A stretch of 39,852 nucleotides of DNA from a virus (Duplodnaviria > Caudoviricetes). Location: positions 1 through 39,852 of IMG/VR virus record IMGVR_UViG_3300032212_000684; one strand, given 5' to 3'. The translations under genes were made by a program, and so were the position numbers. Below the pieces are notes generated by a model. The model saw only the letters and a list, made by a program, of their open reading frames with translations, was not told the origin of the DNA and made no database searches. Shown in pieces: positions 10,136 to 18,998 of the stretch (within the stretch, counting starts at the first letter, position 1; each line of letters opens with the position of its first letter).

Positions 10136-10515
10136 TAAGGATTATCCACCGTTAAATCCACGGTTAACTGCCAGCTTTGTGCGGCGGTTTTAGTGCCTAG
10201 TGACTCCACCTTACGGTTAGCCATGTCACCGGCTGCAGCGGCGTTAAACACACCCCATTCTTCCCAGGCAAAGTTCGCTTCCGCTGTACTGAACAATGAC
10301 CGGAATGAAAGAATGTTACCCGATCGGGTTGGGTAACCGGCTTCCATGGCTTTGCGCAGTTTATTGACTGCGGCTTGCAAATCCGCTTGTGCTTTGGCAA
10401 ACACTGCGTTGCTATCACCCACGCCGATATACGCATTGGCGTTATTAAAAGGTGTCAGCGCTTCACCGATAAAAATACCGGCAATAAAATCACGTCCCAC
10501 ATTGGTTAACGGCAT
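10135..10515 (-). CDS. Hypothetical virion protein (fibre-anchoring type)
   Basis: IGVGD....F...Q.DL...F...EANFAW.EWGVFNA...G.M.NRKV motif, reminiscent of fibre/collar N-terminal modules. Confidence 0.65.
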   Translation of the reverse strand: MPLTNVGRDFIAGIFIGEALTPFNNANAYIGVGDSNAVFAKAQADLQAAVNKLRKAMEAGYPTRSGNILSFRSLFSTAEANFAWEEWGVFNAAAAGDMANRKVESLGTKTAAQSWQLTVDLTVDNP

Positions 10516-10516
10516 C

Positions 10517-10738
10517 TCACACCTCCGCCCGATTCAGGGTTGCAATGGCCTTGTCGTCATCTGATAGCCGTAACAGGTTTACAGCCTCATCAAAACTAAC
10601 AGGCATATCCTTTTTATTCACAGGATCACCATGATTTTGCACGAACACTTTTTTTGCATGTTCAATGGGTAAGTCAACAACTCCGGCTTTATAAGGTTTT
10701 TCCCCATCAAAACCGGAACAACACACTTTCATTTTCAT
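10517..10738 (-). CDS. Hypothetical protein
   Basis: 73 aa, tightly packed in the late operon. Confidence 0.6.
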   Translation of the reverse strand: MKMKVCCSGFDGEKPYKAGVVDLPIEHAKKVFVQNHGDPVNKKDMPVSFDEAVNLLRLSDDDKAIATLNRAEV

Positions 10739-11025
10739 TGTGTTTTTTCCTCATCTAAAGTGACAGCCAAAACAGCATTTCCATTGCCGTCACCAGTAAA
10801 CATTAGTTTCTCGTCAACAGCACCTTTTCGATAAACAATACGAGTTTCAACATCATCACCACCTTCGATGATTTCTGCTGGCTCTTTCAGTTCGCCTAAT
10901 GCGGGTGGCTCTCCGTCAAATTTCACCAGTTGAAAGCGCTTTACTTTTGCCTGGAATGACGCTTTTTCCTGCCTGGGTTGCCCGCCCAATTGTTTAACCA
11001 GCCAATCAGCTAATTTCGAAGCCAT
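10735..11025 (-). CDS. Hypothetical protein
   Basis: 96 aa, overlaps the next gene by 4 nt. Confidence 0.6.
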   Translation of the reverse strand: MASKLADWLVKQLGGQPRQEKASFQAKVKRFQLVKFDGEPPALGELKEPAEIIEGGDDVETRIVYRKGAVDEKLMFTGDGNGNAVLAVTLDEEKTQ

Positions 11026-11026
11026 A

Positions 11027-13138
11027 TCAATTCACCTTTAAAGAGCCGCTTAATTTGGGATAAACTCGTATTTTCGCTGACAACTTGCCGAGTACCGCAT
11101 CAATCAATGCTTTAGTTGCTGCATCGGTTAACGACAATGACAAGTCGTCCAGGGCGGCAATAAATACCTGCACATCAGCCATGTCGGCGAATGACAGCCC
11201 TGCCGTATCTGCCCGAGCAAGTATCGCCAAGAGTTGGTTAATATCCGTCAATGAAAAACTTAATACATCGTCATGCGTCAACAATGACAACAACGTGACG
11301 ACAGCCTCGGTTAACGAAACTCCCAACGTGTCAACCAGTTGCAGGGCAATGGTTATGACCGGTACTGATTCCGACAATGAAATATTTAACGTGTCGTTGG
11401 CCTGAATGGATTTCACCAGCTTGGCCACATCAACAATGGAAATATTCAGATTATCGGCTTTGCTAATAGCCGAGAAGATGGCAACAAACTCATTGAGTGT
11501 TACATTCAAGTCATCACTGCGAGCCAATGTGGCAAACACCGTTTGCGCCACGTCGGCAAAGGCCATGTCGAGCACATCTGTACCTTGAAGCACGGCATCA
11601 ATAACACTCAAGCCTTCAGTGATTGAAGTGGATAAGTTATCCGTTGCCAGAATGGCCTTCACAAGACTAATGGCTTCAGTGATGGATAAATTCAAACCAT
11701 CGGCACTGGTGAGCGTACTGAAGATATTGATGGCCTCACCGACAGCGATAGCAAGATTGTCTGATCGAGTGAGTGTGACCTGGTTATCAACTAACTCAGT
11801 AAGTGCAGCTGAAAGCGTGTCAGCTGAAGCAAGTGCGACTGAAATTTGATTTATTGCATCGGCAAGGCTCAGATTGAGCATGTCGTTTTTTATTAGAGAT
11901 GTGAATATCGATGCAGTTTCCGAGAGTGATAATGAAAGCGCGTCAGAAGCTGTTTTCGCCGTTGGGGAACTACTCCCACTCGTTAATACATACGCTTCAG
12001 AAAATCCTCTAGCGATATCACTGGCACCAGTATTGATACCATTGACAACATAAAAGTTGCGCCAATCAATATTGTTTCCAACACGTAACGCAACGGTAAT
12101 TGTCTCAAGTGGTGTTGTTTTCGAAATATCATCATAAATATCAAGATAAACAGTACCATTCGCACCAACAGCACCAGCTTTGCGCAAGGTAAAATAGTAA
12201 AATGTATCCGTAAGAGCTGTTAAAGCTGATAGTGTTGTTACTGCTGAACTTCCATCATGCTCATTGATAAGTATTTTATATGTTCCGCCATTACCATAAA
12301 AACCAAATGAAATGCGTGGAGCGTTAGCTGAGTCATGCTGAGTGATTGTACCAACGTAATTTGAAACAGTACCAAAGTAGACCAAACCAAGCGAATTAAT
12401 TGAGTCAAGCAACGCAGTGCACTCAATACTGAAATCGCCATTAATCCCGCCAACGCCATAATCTTTATATTTATATGCATCTTGATTACGCACCACATCC
12501 CAGTCGACATGGTGTATCGACGATGGGTCAATTCTACTGGCTGTATCAATCTCAGTAAAATTAGGCGGATCTAAATTTATTAATGTGTCAGTTGATATTG
12601 TTTCAGCGTGATAATCATCAATCCATTGATTAACTATTTGAGAGTGCGGCACAACCCCGTGATTTGGCTGTATTATATACTCACCAACATATGTTGGTGT
12701 AATCACTTCAATCGAATTTAACAATACAGACAAATAGCCCTTTTCATATATTGCTTCAATAACTGAATCGACAGGTATAGCAGAGCCATGGTTATATGTG
12801 GAACTAACTTGCGAGTATGTACCCCCAATCCTTTTATATGCATTTATTTCTTGACTCGTAGGACTTCTAAAACCTAAGAAATTATTCCTATTTAAGATGC
12901 AAACAGCAACGTAAGGAAATCCGGAAGTTTTTAACTTATATCTTACTTTTTTATCGACCACACCGACATGAGTTACAACTCTGTATCCTTGACCACCCCC
13001 AACATTACTATTTGCTTTTAATATATTCCCAACTACTTGCGCATTACCTCCGCCGCTTTCTGTTTCCTCCCAGTCAGCAGACACGTCCAGAACTTCATCT
13101 GGACGGTTATAATCATCATCAAATACAGTTTGTGCCAT
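11027..13138 (-). CDS. Large virion appendage protein: N-terminal beta-sandwich (lectin-like) region, Ser-rich linker and about 14 repeats of 20-21 aa
   Basis: 703 aa. Repeats of the form xD.L.(L/V)S(L/I).(E/D) in the C-terminal 300 aa. The 5' half is AT-rich. Confidence 0.7.
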   Translation of the reverse strand: MAQTVFDDDYNRPDEVLDVSADWEETESGGGNAQVVGNILKANSNVGGGQGYRVVTHVGVVDKKVRYKLKTSGFPYVAVCILNRNNFLGFRSPTSQEINAYKRIGGTYSQVSSTYNHGSAIPVDSVIEAIYEKGYLSVLLNSIEVITPTYVGEYIIQPNHGVVPHSQIVNQWIDDYHAETISTDTLINLDPPNFTEIDTASRIDPSSIHHVDWDVVRNQDAYKYKDYGVGGINGDFSIECTALLDSINSLGLVYFGTVSNYVGTITQHDSANAPRISFGFYGNGGTYKILINEHDGSSAVTTLSALTALTDTFYYFTLRKAGAVGANGTVYLDIYDDISKTTPLETITVALRVGNNIDWRNFYVVNGINTGASDIARGFSEAYVLTSGSSSPTAKTASDALSLSLSETASIFTSLIKNDMLNLSLADAINQISVALASADTLSAALTELVDNQVTLTRSDNLAIAVGEAINIFSTLTSADGLNLSITEAISLVKAILATDNLSTSITEGLSVIDAVLQGTDVLDMAFADVAQTVFATLARSDDLNVTLNEFVAIFSAISKADNLNISIVDVAKLVKSIQANDTLNISLSESVPVITIALQLVDTLGVSLTEAVVTLLSLLTHDDVLSFSLTDINQLLAILARADTAGLSFADMADVQVFIAALDDLSLSLTDAATKALIDAVLGKLSAKIRVYPKLSGSLKVN

Positions 13139-13148
13139 AATGGATTAC

Positions 13149-13562
13149 TTAAACTATTCGTTGATTTCCTGGCTGAATTACGTCAAGAATATCTTGTAAA
13201 ACTTCCCGGATATTTGCGCGGTTGTTTGGGTTAATACCCAACCCAACTTTTGAAGACATGTCGTTTTTAAACGGCCCCCACACGCTCGAATCAACTGTTT
13301 GTGGATCATTATCCAGACCGCCGAAATCCGGAAAGTAGACCACACCAGGCTGACCCGCGAACTTTGCATGATTGGGTGCTTCAATACGCACAAGCATATG
13401 TGTATGAAAAGGTGTTCCATCTGGATTGATTGTATTGTATTGCTCATATGTAACATTCGGTCCTTTAGCTAACAACTTCAACTTTGTTGCAAGTTCTTCA
13501 GGTGGGTCTTGATTTGGTCTACTGATTATTTCTGCTGGCGCTATATACCATCGTGTTGACAT
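13149..13562 (-). CDS. Hypothetical protein
   Basis: 137 aa, SD GGAG, in operon order. Confidence 0.65.
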   Translation of the reverse strand: MSTRWYIAPAEIISRPNQDPPEELATKLKLLAKGPNVTYEQYNTINPDGTPFHTHMLVRIEAPNHAKFAGQPGVVYFPDFGGLDNDPQTVDSSVWGPFKNDMSSKVGLGINPNNRANIREVLQDILDVIQPGNQRIV

Positions 13563-13574
13563 GATTTAATTCTC

Positions 13575-14012
13575 CTATTTTTCCTGCATCTCCGCCCAAA
13601 CCGCATCCCGCTCTTTCGCAGAAACTTTCGAGCCGACTTTCTCAGTCAACACAGACGCATCTGGTTTACCATCCTTGGTCCAATGCTTTTCATTACCTTC
13701 TTCGAGCGTGGCGATTGCTGCTTTGATTTGCTCAACACGCGCAGCAGCTTGTTCAGCGCCCAGTTGCTCTTCGTTACCACCACCGGTTATTTCGGTTTTA
13801 CGATTCGGATCATTCTGATCAGGTGTCGTTTTTTTTGGCAATTCGGTAACATTATCCGGTAACTCAACCGGCGCTTTGTGAACTGCTTTTACCAGCAAAA
13901 GCTGCGCAGCTTGTTTTTCAGTGAGCTCGATTGGATCACCAATCGCATACTGTTCACCATCGTGTTTGATCGGGGTATTACATATATAAGGAATGGTTTT
14001 CGCTTCGGTCAT
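13575..14012 (-). CDS. Capsid-adjacent accessory protein (HI1506/FI-like N-terminus)
   Basis: Y....PIKHDGEQY..GD.IEL....A.QLL...AV N-terminus and a WTKDGKP...ERD..W C-terminal module. SD AAGGA before the ATG at 14012. Confidence 0.7.
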   Translation of the reverse strand: MTEAKTIPYICNTPIKHDGEQYAIGDPIELTEKQAAQLLLVKAVHKAPVELPDNVTELPKKTTPDQNDPNRKTEITGGGNEEQLGAEQAAARVEQIKAAIATLEEGNEKHWTKDGKPDASVLTEKVGSKVSAKERDAVWAEMQEK

Positions 14013-14036
14013 GTTCGTTTCCTTTTCGGTCACAAT

Positions 14037-14133
14037 CAGCGGAGGCTTTCCGTCACCTCCGCTGTCTGCAGTCTTCACTCAATCAACCGACGGCAATCGT
14101 TTGAGTTATCCGGTTGTTAACCACCGGGCGACT
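14037..14133 (-). ncRNA. Structured RNA element downstream of the major capsid gene
   Basis: Stems 14037-45/14056-64 (9 bp), 14077-82/14101-06 and 14110-14/14123-27, with closing pair 14070-73/14130-33. Confidence 0.45.
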
Positions 14134-14159
14134 TTCTCTCTCTCGGGTTGTTATCCTGA

Positions 14160-15086
14160 TTACGCAATCGCGTTTTTAATCACAAAGCCGCTGACAATAC
14201 CGGTCAATACCGGCGCGCGTTCATAGCCGACACCGTATATCCAGCTCTTACTGGAATCTTCCCAGTAAGGCACTTCCACATTGGGGTGGCCTTCCATGGT
14301 GTAGGTGTAACCGTAACTTGGTTCTTCCATGCCTTCCGGATTGTCCGGCACGTAAGCCAACACAACGTCTTTGCCCCAAATATCGATGGAGTTGTCGTTG
14401 TCATCAAAGGCAATGGCTTTGCCAATCACGATTTTTGGAATATCAAACACAGCGGCAAGAATTTCGACAGTAACTACACCTCGTTCGCTGTATTTGATTT
14501 TTTCAATGATCTTGGCGTGTTCTTTTAGAACCTTAAAAACCGAGGCAGAGATTTCCATCACATTGGGGTAAACACCGGTGCTTGATCGGATCGCTTCTTT
14601 CGCATCGTTAATATCACCGATAGGATCTGATGCAGGATCACTCCATTGATCGGTACCCGATAAAGTGAGCTTGTGGTTGGCGTCATACTTGGTGTCATCT
14701 CGCGCCAAGTCTGCCTGGTTCTTTTCCAACACCAGGCTGTTCACCCGCATAACACCGTTCACAGCGCGCGATGCCAAATCAATACCGGGCACAACCCCCG
14801 CTTCGCGTTGATGCTCACGTGGTACTGGCGCTTCAAGGCCGTGATTTTCCAACGCGAATGGATTACCTTGATAACCAAATTGCATACGCTTGAAGGGCGT
14901 ACCCGGTGCACGCGATGTGTTGTACAAACGAAACGAGTTTTTATCAAACTCAATCACTTTACCGCCGGACACCATCACCGGCACACGGGGAAACAAAGCA
15001 AAACCGATATGTTCCGGGTGTCGATAACCCAAAACAATACTGGAAAGAATGGGATCAATGACCCGACGTTGACCTGTTGTTGGCAT
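14160..15086 (-). CDS. Major capsid protein
   Basis: 308 aa with RVIDPIL...GY, WSD..SDPI.DI...IR...G..PN and PSYGYTY motifs. Follows the protease and cement genes. Confidence 0.9.
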   Translation of the reverse strand: MPTTGQRRVIDPILSSIVLGYRHPEHIGFALFPRVPVMVSGGKVIEFDKNSFRLYNTSRAPGTPFKRMQFGYQGNPFALENHGLEAPVPREHQREAGVVPGIDLASRAVNGVMRVNSLVLEKNQADLARDDTKYDANHKLTLSGTDQWSDPASDPIGDINDAKEAIRSSTGVYPNVMEISASVFKVLKEHAKIIEKIKYSERGVVTVEILAAVFDIPKIVIGKAIAFDDNDNSIDIWGKDVVLAYVPDNPEGMEEPSYGYTYTMEGHPNVEVPYWEDSSKSWIYGVGYERAPVLTGIVSGFVIKNAIA

Positions 15087-15108
15087 GTAACTGTCTCCTG
15101 TTTACGAA

Positions 15109-15447
15109 TTATTGTGGCAACAACAAGATTTCAATCTTGTCACCATCTGCTGCTGCAGCACTCATGGCACGCGCAACGGTTACCCCGGCGGCTTTGGTTA
15201 TCAGCTTACCGCCAGCGCCCACTTGCAGATCCGCATCCTTGGCGATGGCCGCACCTGCGGTGGCCTCGGTGGTACCCTGCACGTCAACCGCCAATTGCAC
15301 ACCGGCTTCACCTGCTGTGGTGCCAATACCGAACATTTTCAAACCGGCCCCGGCCAGGTTGCCATCCTGACCAACTGCCAGGTGTTCAGCAAACGCCGCC
15401 GCAGCCGCGATGGATAAAGTTAAAATATTTCGTTTTGCAACCGGCAT
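15109..15447 (-). CDS. Capsid cement/decoration protein (DUF2190-like)
   Basis: 112 aa, Ala/Gly-rich, ARA..AA.ADGD.IEILL C-terminus. Lies between protease and capsid. Confidence 0.8.
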   Translation of the reverse strand: MPVAKRNILTLSIAAAAAFAEHLAVGQDGNLAGAGLKMFGIGTTAGEAGVQLAVDVQGTTEATAGAAIAKDADLQVGAGGKLITKAAGVTVARAMSAAAADGDKIEILLLPQ

Positions 15448-15449
15448 GA

Positions 15450-15956
15450 TCAGCCCCCTTGGTTTTCGACTTGCTTAACAGCAGTAATGTAATCAACACC
15501 TGCATGCTTGGCCTGATAATCCAATGCTTTGTTATGCAGATTCAAACGATCCGCATCCACATGCGTCCCGACAGGTGCCGCGTAGTCATGAGCTTGCGTA
15601 CCCGGTTCGTCATCCGTTGAGCGACCCATATCCACTTGCACTGGCAACTTGGCCATAAAATCGGAGAACCATTTTGTCGGATCGGTTTTAATGGTTTGCG
15701 CCTTGTCACCTTCACCCGCGCTGAACTCAAAAACCGCATCATCACCGGCATCCAACTGCATCATAAAATCCACCGCACCTTCGGCTTGTGCAGGTGTCAT
15801 ACGGCCAGCGTCAATGAGCTTGTCCATATCAGCCTGAAAATCGCGGCGACGGTTTTTGTTTCGTTCTTTTTCCAACGACTGCTGCAACGTAGAACTGGTT
15901 TCATCACGGCCCGCTTGGCGCGCGGCATCAATATCAGCCTGAGTAAACTCCGGCAT
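15450..15956 (-). CDS. Nested in-frame scaffold protein (Mu gpZ-like internal start)
   Basis: AAGGAG directly upstream of an in-frame ATG (MPEFTQ...) at 15956, after a Pro-rich linker. Confidence 0.65.
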   Translation of the reverse strand: MPEFTQADIDAARQAGRDETSSTLQQSLEKERNKNRRRDFQADMDKLIDAGRMTPAQAEGAVDFMMQLDAGDDAVFEFSAGEGDKAQTIKTDPTKWFSDFMAKLPVQVDMGRSTDDEPGTQAHDYAAPVGTHVDADRLNLHNKALDYQAKHAGVDYITAVKQVENQGG

Positions 15957-16607
15957 GTCTGTGTCTCCTTCATCAGGTTGATTGGGTTCGGTAAAACTGG
16001 GTGAGGGTTCGTCTTCACGTGGTTTGCGCAATTCAGTGACGTGATCATTCAATGAATCGATTTGATAATCCGGGATCACCTGGTCAGCGCGTTCCACGCC
16101 TTCTTTTTCGATAAACCACTCACGAAAGCTTCGCAGGAAGCGGGCAACCACACCGGGTGTGTAGCTGTCCATTTCAAAATCAAATTGATCACCATCCGGC
16201 TCAGCATAGTTGCGCCCAGCCAGATCCAGGGATAACGCAGGGCGCTTAGCTCCAAGATAACCCACATGGCCGAGCATCCAGCCCTTGGCATTTTTAATTA
16301 AGCGCACAGAACGTTTGCGATAACGACCGTCATCCACCGCCTGCGCAAACTCCTGGGCAACATCTTTGAATTTTGCAAACAGTGAATCACCATCACGCTT
16401 TAATTCAGCGGTCCAGCCATAAGCCGGATCATTATGTTGAGGGTGACCAATTACGATGGGGGCTGCATCATTTTCGGAATGATTCGCCACAACCTGATCA
16501 AGATCGTCAGTGCTATAGATCGCGGTTTCGCCATTGCTGGCAGTATGCGTACCAGCGCGAAAAATTTCGGTCCAGCCGTTGAGTGAATGTTCTGTGCGTT
16601 TCGTCAT
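15450..16607 (-). CDS. Prohead protease/scaffold (Mu gpI-like)
   Basis: EIFRAGTH, APIVIGHP...PAYGW, YRKRSV and LGHVGYLGA..PA motifs. Acidic helical C-terminal half. Confidence 0.9.
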   Translation of the reverse strand: MTKRTEHSLNGWTEIFRAGTHTASNGETAIYSTDDLDQVVANHSENDAAPIVIGHPQHNDPAYGWTAELKRDGDSLFAKFKDVAQEFAQAVDDGRYRKRSVRLIKNAKGWMLGHVGYLGAKRPALSLDLAGRNYAEPDGDQFDFEMDSYTPGVVARFLRSFREWFIEKEGVERADQVIPDYQIDSLNDHVTELRKPREDEPSPSFTEPNQPDEGDTDMPEFTQADIDAARQAGRDETSSTLQQSLEKERNKNRRRDFQADMDKLIDAGRMTPAQAEGAVDFMMQLDAGDDAVFEFSAGEGDKAQTIKTDPTKWFSDFMAKLPVQVDMGRSTDDEPGTQAHDYAAPVGTHVDADRLNLHNKALDYQAKHAGVDYITAVKQVENQGG

Positions 16608-16716
16608 GAAACGAATAATGGAGCAAAGCGGGGAAATAAATAAGGCGGGAAATGTTTCCCGCCTTCTATTTGGAAGGTTGTTATATAGACTGAAGGAGTT
16701 TTATTGCCGTGTCAAG
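16608..16716 (-). promoter_or_regulatory. Late promoter cassette of the left (head-tail) arm, probable Mor-family activator site
   Basis: CTTGACAC (TTGACA at 16715-16710), 45 bp, dyad AGGCGGGAAACATTTCCCGCCT (16664-16643), 22 bp, CATTAT, 7 bp, ATG. Confidence 0.75.
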
Positions 16717-16788
16717 AAATGTGTTTAAACAAACTGTGAGGATAGAATAATGTAGTATTAAAGCTGTTTCGGGCTGTGGTTAACCCAT

Positions 16789-16820
16789 AATTAAGCCGAT
16801 AACTATCGGCTTAATTTTTA
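16789..16820. terminator. Perfect hairpin, probable terminator/insulator between the SIR2 gene and the late promoter
   Basis: AATTAAGCCGATA-AC-TATCGGCTTAATT, with a T-run following on the + strand. Confidence 0.6.
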
Positions 16821-16878
16821 AAATCTGTCTCAATAGATGTAAACAACACAACTTGCAATGTACCGCAATTATTAATTA

Positions 16879-17946
16879 TCAACTCGATATTGAAAGACTA
16901 CGCCAATATTCATTAAATAATTCAGCGCACCTTAAATCGTTTCGAATATTGATCTTCTCCGGATTTATACGGTTATTGCACAATTTCATAATATCAGTTT
17001 TTATCACTTCGCAATCTGCTTGAGAAATTCCCGATGCTGTCCCAAATACACTAGCTTTCCTTCTGAAATCTTTTTGTTCGGTATCTGGTGAAATCAATTT
17101 CAAATTTAGTTCATGATATGCAAAACCGAGAAATATTATAACATTTGCATCTCGAACGGTTTCTCTAGTTCTGATAATTTGACTAGACTTTGGATTTGTT
17201 CCTTCAGTAAATGTTATAATTTTCTCAGAAAGATAGTGCAATGTGTGTGGATCTGCTGACCGTCCAAATTCAACACTGTTTTCTGAGCACGCTCTCCAAG
17301 GAAGATTGCCAACAACCCCATAGGGATGAAAGATAGCTAAATCATTAACCAAGCCGGCAGCAGCATTACCATCAATTCCATACGAAGTCTGTAATGCATT
17401 ATATATAAAGTGCTCCATGCATCGGTCATAGTTAAAAATGATTAACGATACCGAATTAAAACGTTCATGTAATTTGTCATATGTACAATTACTGGTGAGC
17501 AGTTTAAAAAAGGAGTTGTACCAAGTTTTTTCAGTTTCTCCAAAATTGATTGGCCTGAAATGCTTCTCTGGGTCAATAAAAAACTTACTATTTCGTTCCG
17601 CTTCTAGGATAGCACTAACAATTGCTAATTTTGCACAATATTCAATTAACTCATCCCCGGCATGCTGATCTACAAAATTGTCAATGGAAATTGCGAGTGG
17701 TAAGGCATTGCAAATTTGTTTGCAAGCGTCCAAATAATCATCAAGATTTTTTCCGCTAATTGAATTTTTTTGCATATTAGAAAGTATTGCTTGAAAAATA
17801 TTTGGGTTCCCTCGCTCTAAATTACGTCCACTAAATTCAAAGTTAATAGAATTTCGAATTTTTTCTTTTAACTTTTTACCGGTAGGCAGATTGACTTCAT
17901 TACTTGCACCAGCACCTATAACAAATAGAGTTTTTTTATTAGGCAT
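16879..17946 (-). CDS. SIR2-like (sirtuin-fold) protein, putative NADase defence cargo
   Basis: LFVIGAGAS...LPTG, IIFNYD, IFHPYG and IIFLGFAY motifs in SIR2 order. AT-rich. Confidence 0.75.
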   Translation of the reverse strand: MPNKKTLFVIGAGASNEVNLPTGKKLKEKIRNSINFEFSGRNLERGNPNIFQAILSNMQKNSISGKNLDDYLDACKQICNALPLAISIDNFVDQHAGDELIEYCAKLAIVSAILEAERNSKFFIDPEKHFRPINFGETEKTWYNSFFKLLTSNCTYDKLHERFNSVSLIIFNYDRCMEHFIYNALQTSYGIDGNAAAGLVNDLAIFHPYGVVGNLPWRACSENSVEFGRSADPHTLHYLSEKIITFTEGTNPKSSQIIRTRETVRDANVIIFLGFAYHELNLKLISPDTEQKDFRRKASVFGTASGISQADCEVIKTDIMKLCNNRINPEKINIRNDLRCAELFNEYWRSLSISS

Positions 17947-17955
17947 AATTTATGT

Positions 17956-18387
17956 TCAATTCGGCTCAGAATCTTCGCAGTGAATTGGGCAATTTACATC
18001 GCCAGTACTTAAGTGTGTGCAATCGTCATTAAAAAATGGGCCGGGTATAACGCAGCGTGCGGTTTCGTTGCAGCCTACAAATGCAGCACCTTTGAATGTG
18101 TAAGCATTCTCTCCGATTAGGTTTATTGCTGTCGCTGTAATGACCCAATCGCATTTATCGGGAGGAATACTGACTTTCACTGCCCCCCCTGGTGGGAGAT
18201 CTTCGTCTTCACCTAAAACAGTTACGAACAAATCGAATTTGGATTGTCGCTGAACAGTTATATCTTCGAGATAACTTCCAGAACCATTAATAAGCTGCAA
18301 GTAGCTTTTGGGTGCATTGTCGTCGCCTTCTTCGGCAATACCACAGCCCAATAACGTCAATACCAATAGAACAACGAAACAACGCAT
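17956..18387 (-). CDS. Lipoprotein, Cys-rich C-terminus
   Basis: Signal peptide with lipobox LLGC. SD AGGGAG. Confidence 0.75.
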   Translation of the reverse strand: MRCFVVLLVLTLLGCGIAEEGDDNAPKSYLQLINGSGSYLEDITVQRQSKFDLFVTVLGEDEDLPPGGAVKVSIPPDKCDWVITATAINLIGENAYTFKGAAFVGCNETARCVIPGPFFNDDCTHLSTGDVNCPIHCEDSEPN

Positions 18388-18460
18388 ACATATCTCCCTG
18401 ATAAAATCAATTCCTATAACTAAAGCGCTTGTACAAACATTCGAGTTGTAACATCTTTGT

Positions 18461-18883
18461 CTATTTTAGTTTATTTCCTGTAAAGGCATAAGCGGCTCTT
18501 ACGAATTCAATCAACATTTCTTTGGTTGGACAATATTGAAAGGTATAACCCATTAGGCTTTGTATTTGATCCGGCGTAAATTCAAGACCCAATTCTTCTT
18601 GCACTTCAATAACACGCCCCAAAACAGCCTTGGCTCTTTCAGTTTTATTCATTTGTTTTAGCTCAACATCATGAATTCGTTGACCTGTAAGAACGTATTG
18701 AACATCGACACCAAATTTTGCCGCTGCGGCTAAATAGTTAGAATCTGGACTACGCTCACCTTTTTCATAATTAGTTTGAGACCTCCGTGTCGAACCGGCT
18801 TTTTCAGCAAAAGCTGTCTGACTTAAACCCAGACGTTCTCTTTCTAATCTTAATCTATTGGCAATAGGTATATTTGTGCTCAT
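18461..18883 (-). CDS. Prophage repressor (XRE/Cro-C1 HTH)
   Basis: RLRLERERLGLSQ..FA...G...Q.NYEKGERSP...YL......GVDVQYVLTG motif. Divergent from ner. Confidence 0.92.
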   Translation of the reverse strand: MSTNIPIANRLRLERERLGLSQTAFAEKAGSTRRSQTNYEKGERSPDSNYLAAAAKFGVDVQYVLTGQRIHDVELKQMNKTERAKAVLGRVIEVQEELGLEFTPDQIQSLMGYTFQYCPTKEMLIEFVRAAYAFTGNKLK

Positions 18884-18889
18884 ATATAT

Positions 18890-18918
18890 TTGACATGCGG
18901 CACATTCGTGCCTATCAT
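18890..18918 (+). promoter_or_regulatory. Early promoter with operator-like dyad in the spacer
   Basis: TTGACA (18890-95), 17 bp, TATCAT (18913-18). GGCAC-ATTC-GTGCC inverted repeat at 18899-18912. Confidence 0.8.
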
Positions 18919-18998
18919 TACCTCATATCGTTTTTTATGTAATCGATTGTCACCAAAAAAATGCGGCTGCCACCGCACTAACTTTAAGGAGATACCTT

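Noticed and set aside
11100-11960. CRISPR array or DGR template/variable repeat
   Set aside because: The repeats are degenerate and visible only at protein level. There are no identical DNA repeats with spacers and no reverse transcriptase or cas genes in the window.
14673-15449. 258-aa plus-strand ORF
   Set aside because: Antisense shadow of the capsid and cement genes, with unnatural composition.
18962-18977. TGCGG...CCGCA hairpin in the ner leader as a terminator
   Set aside because: Only a 5-bp stem and no U-tract.
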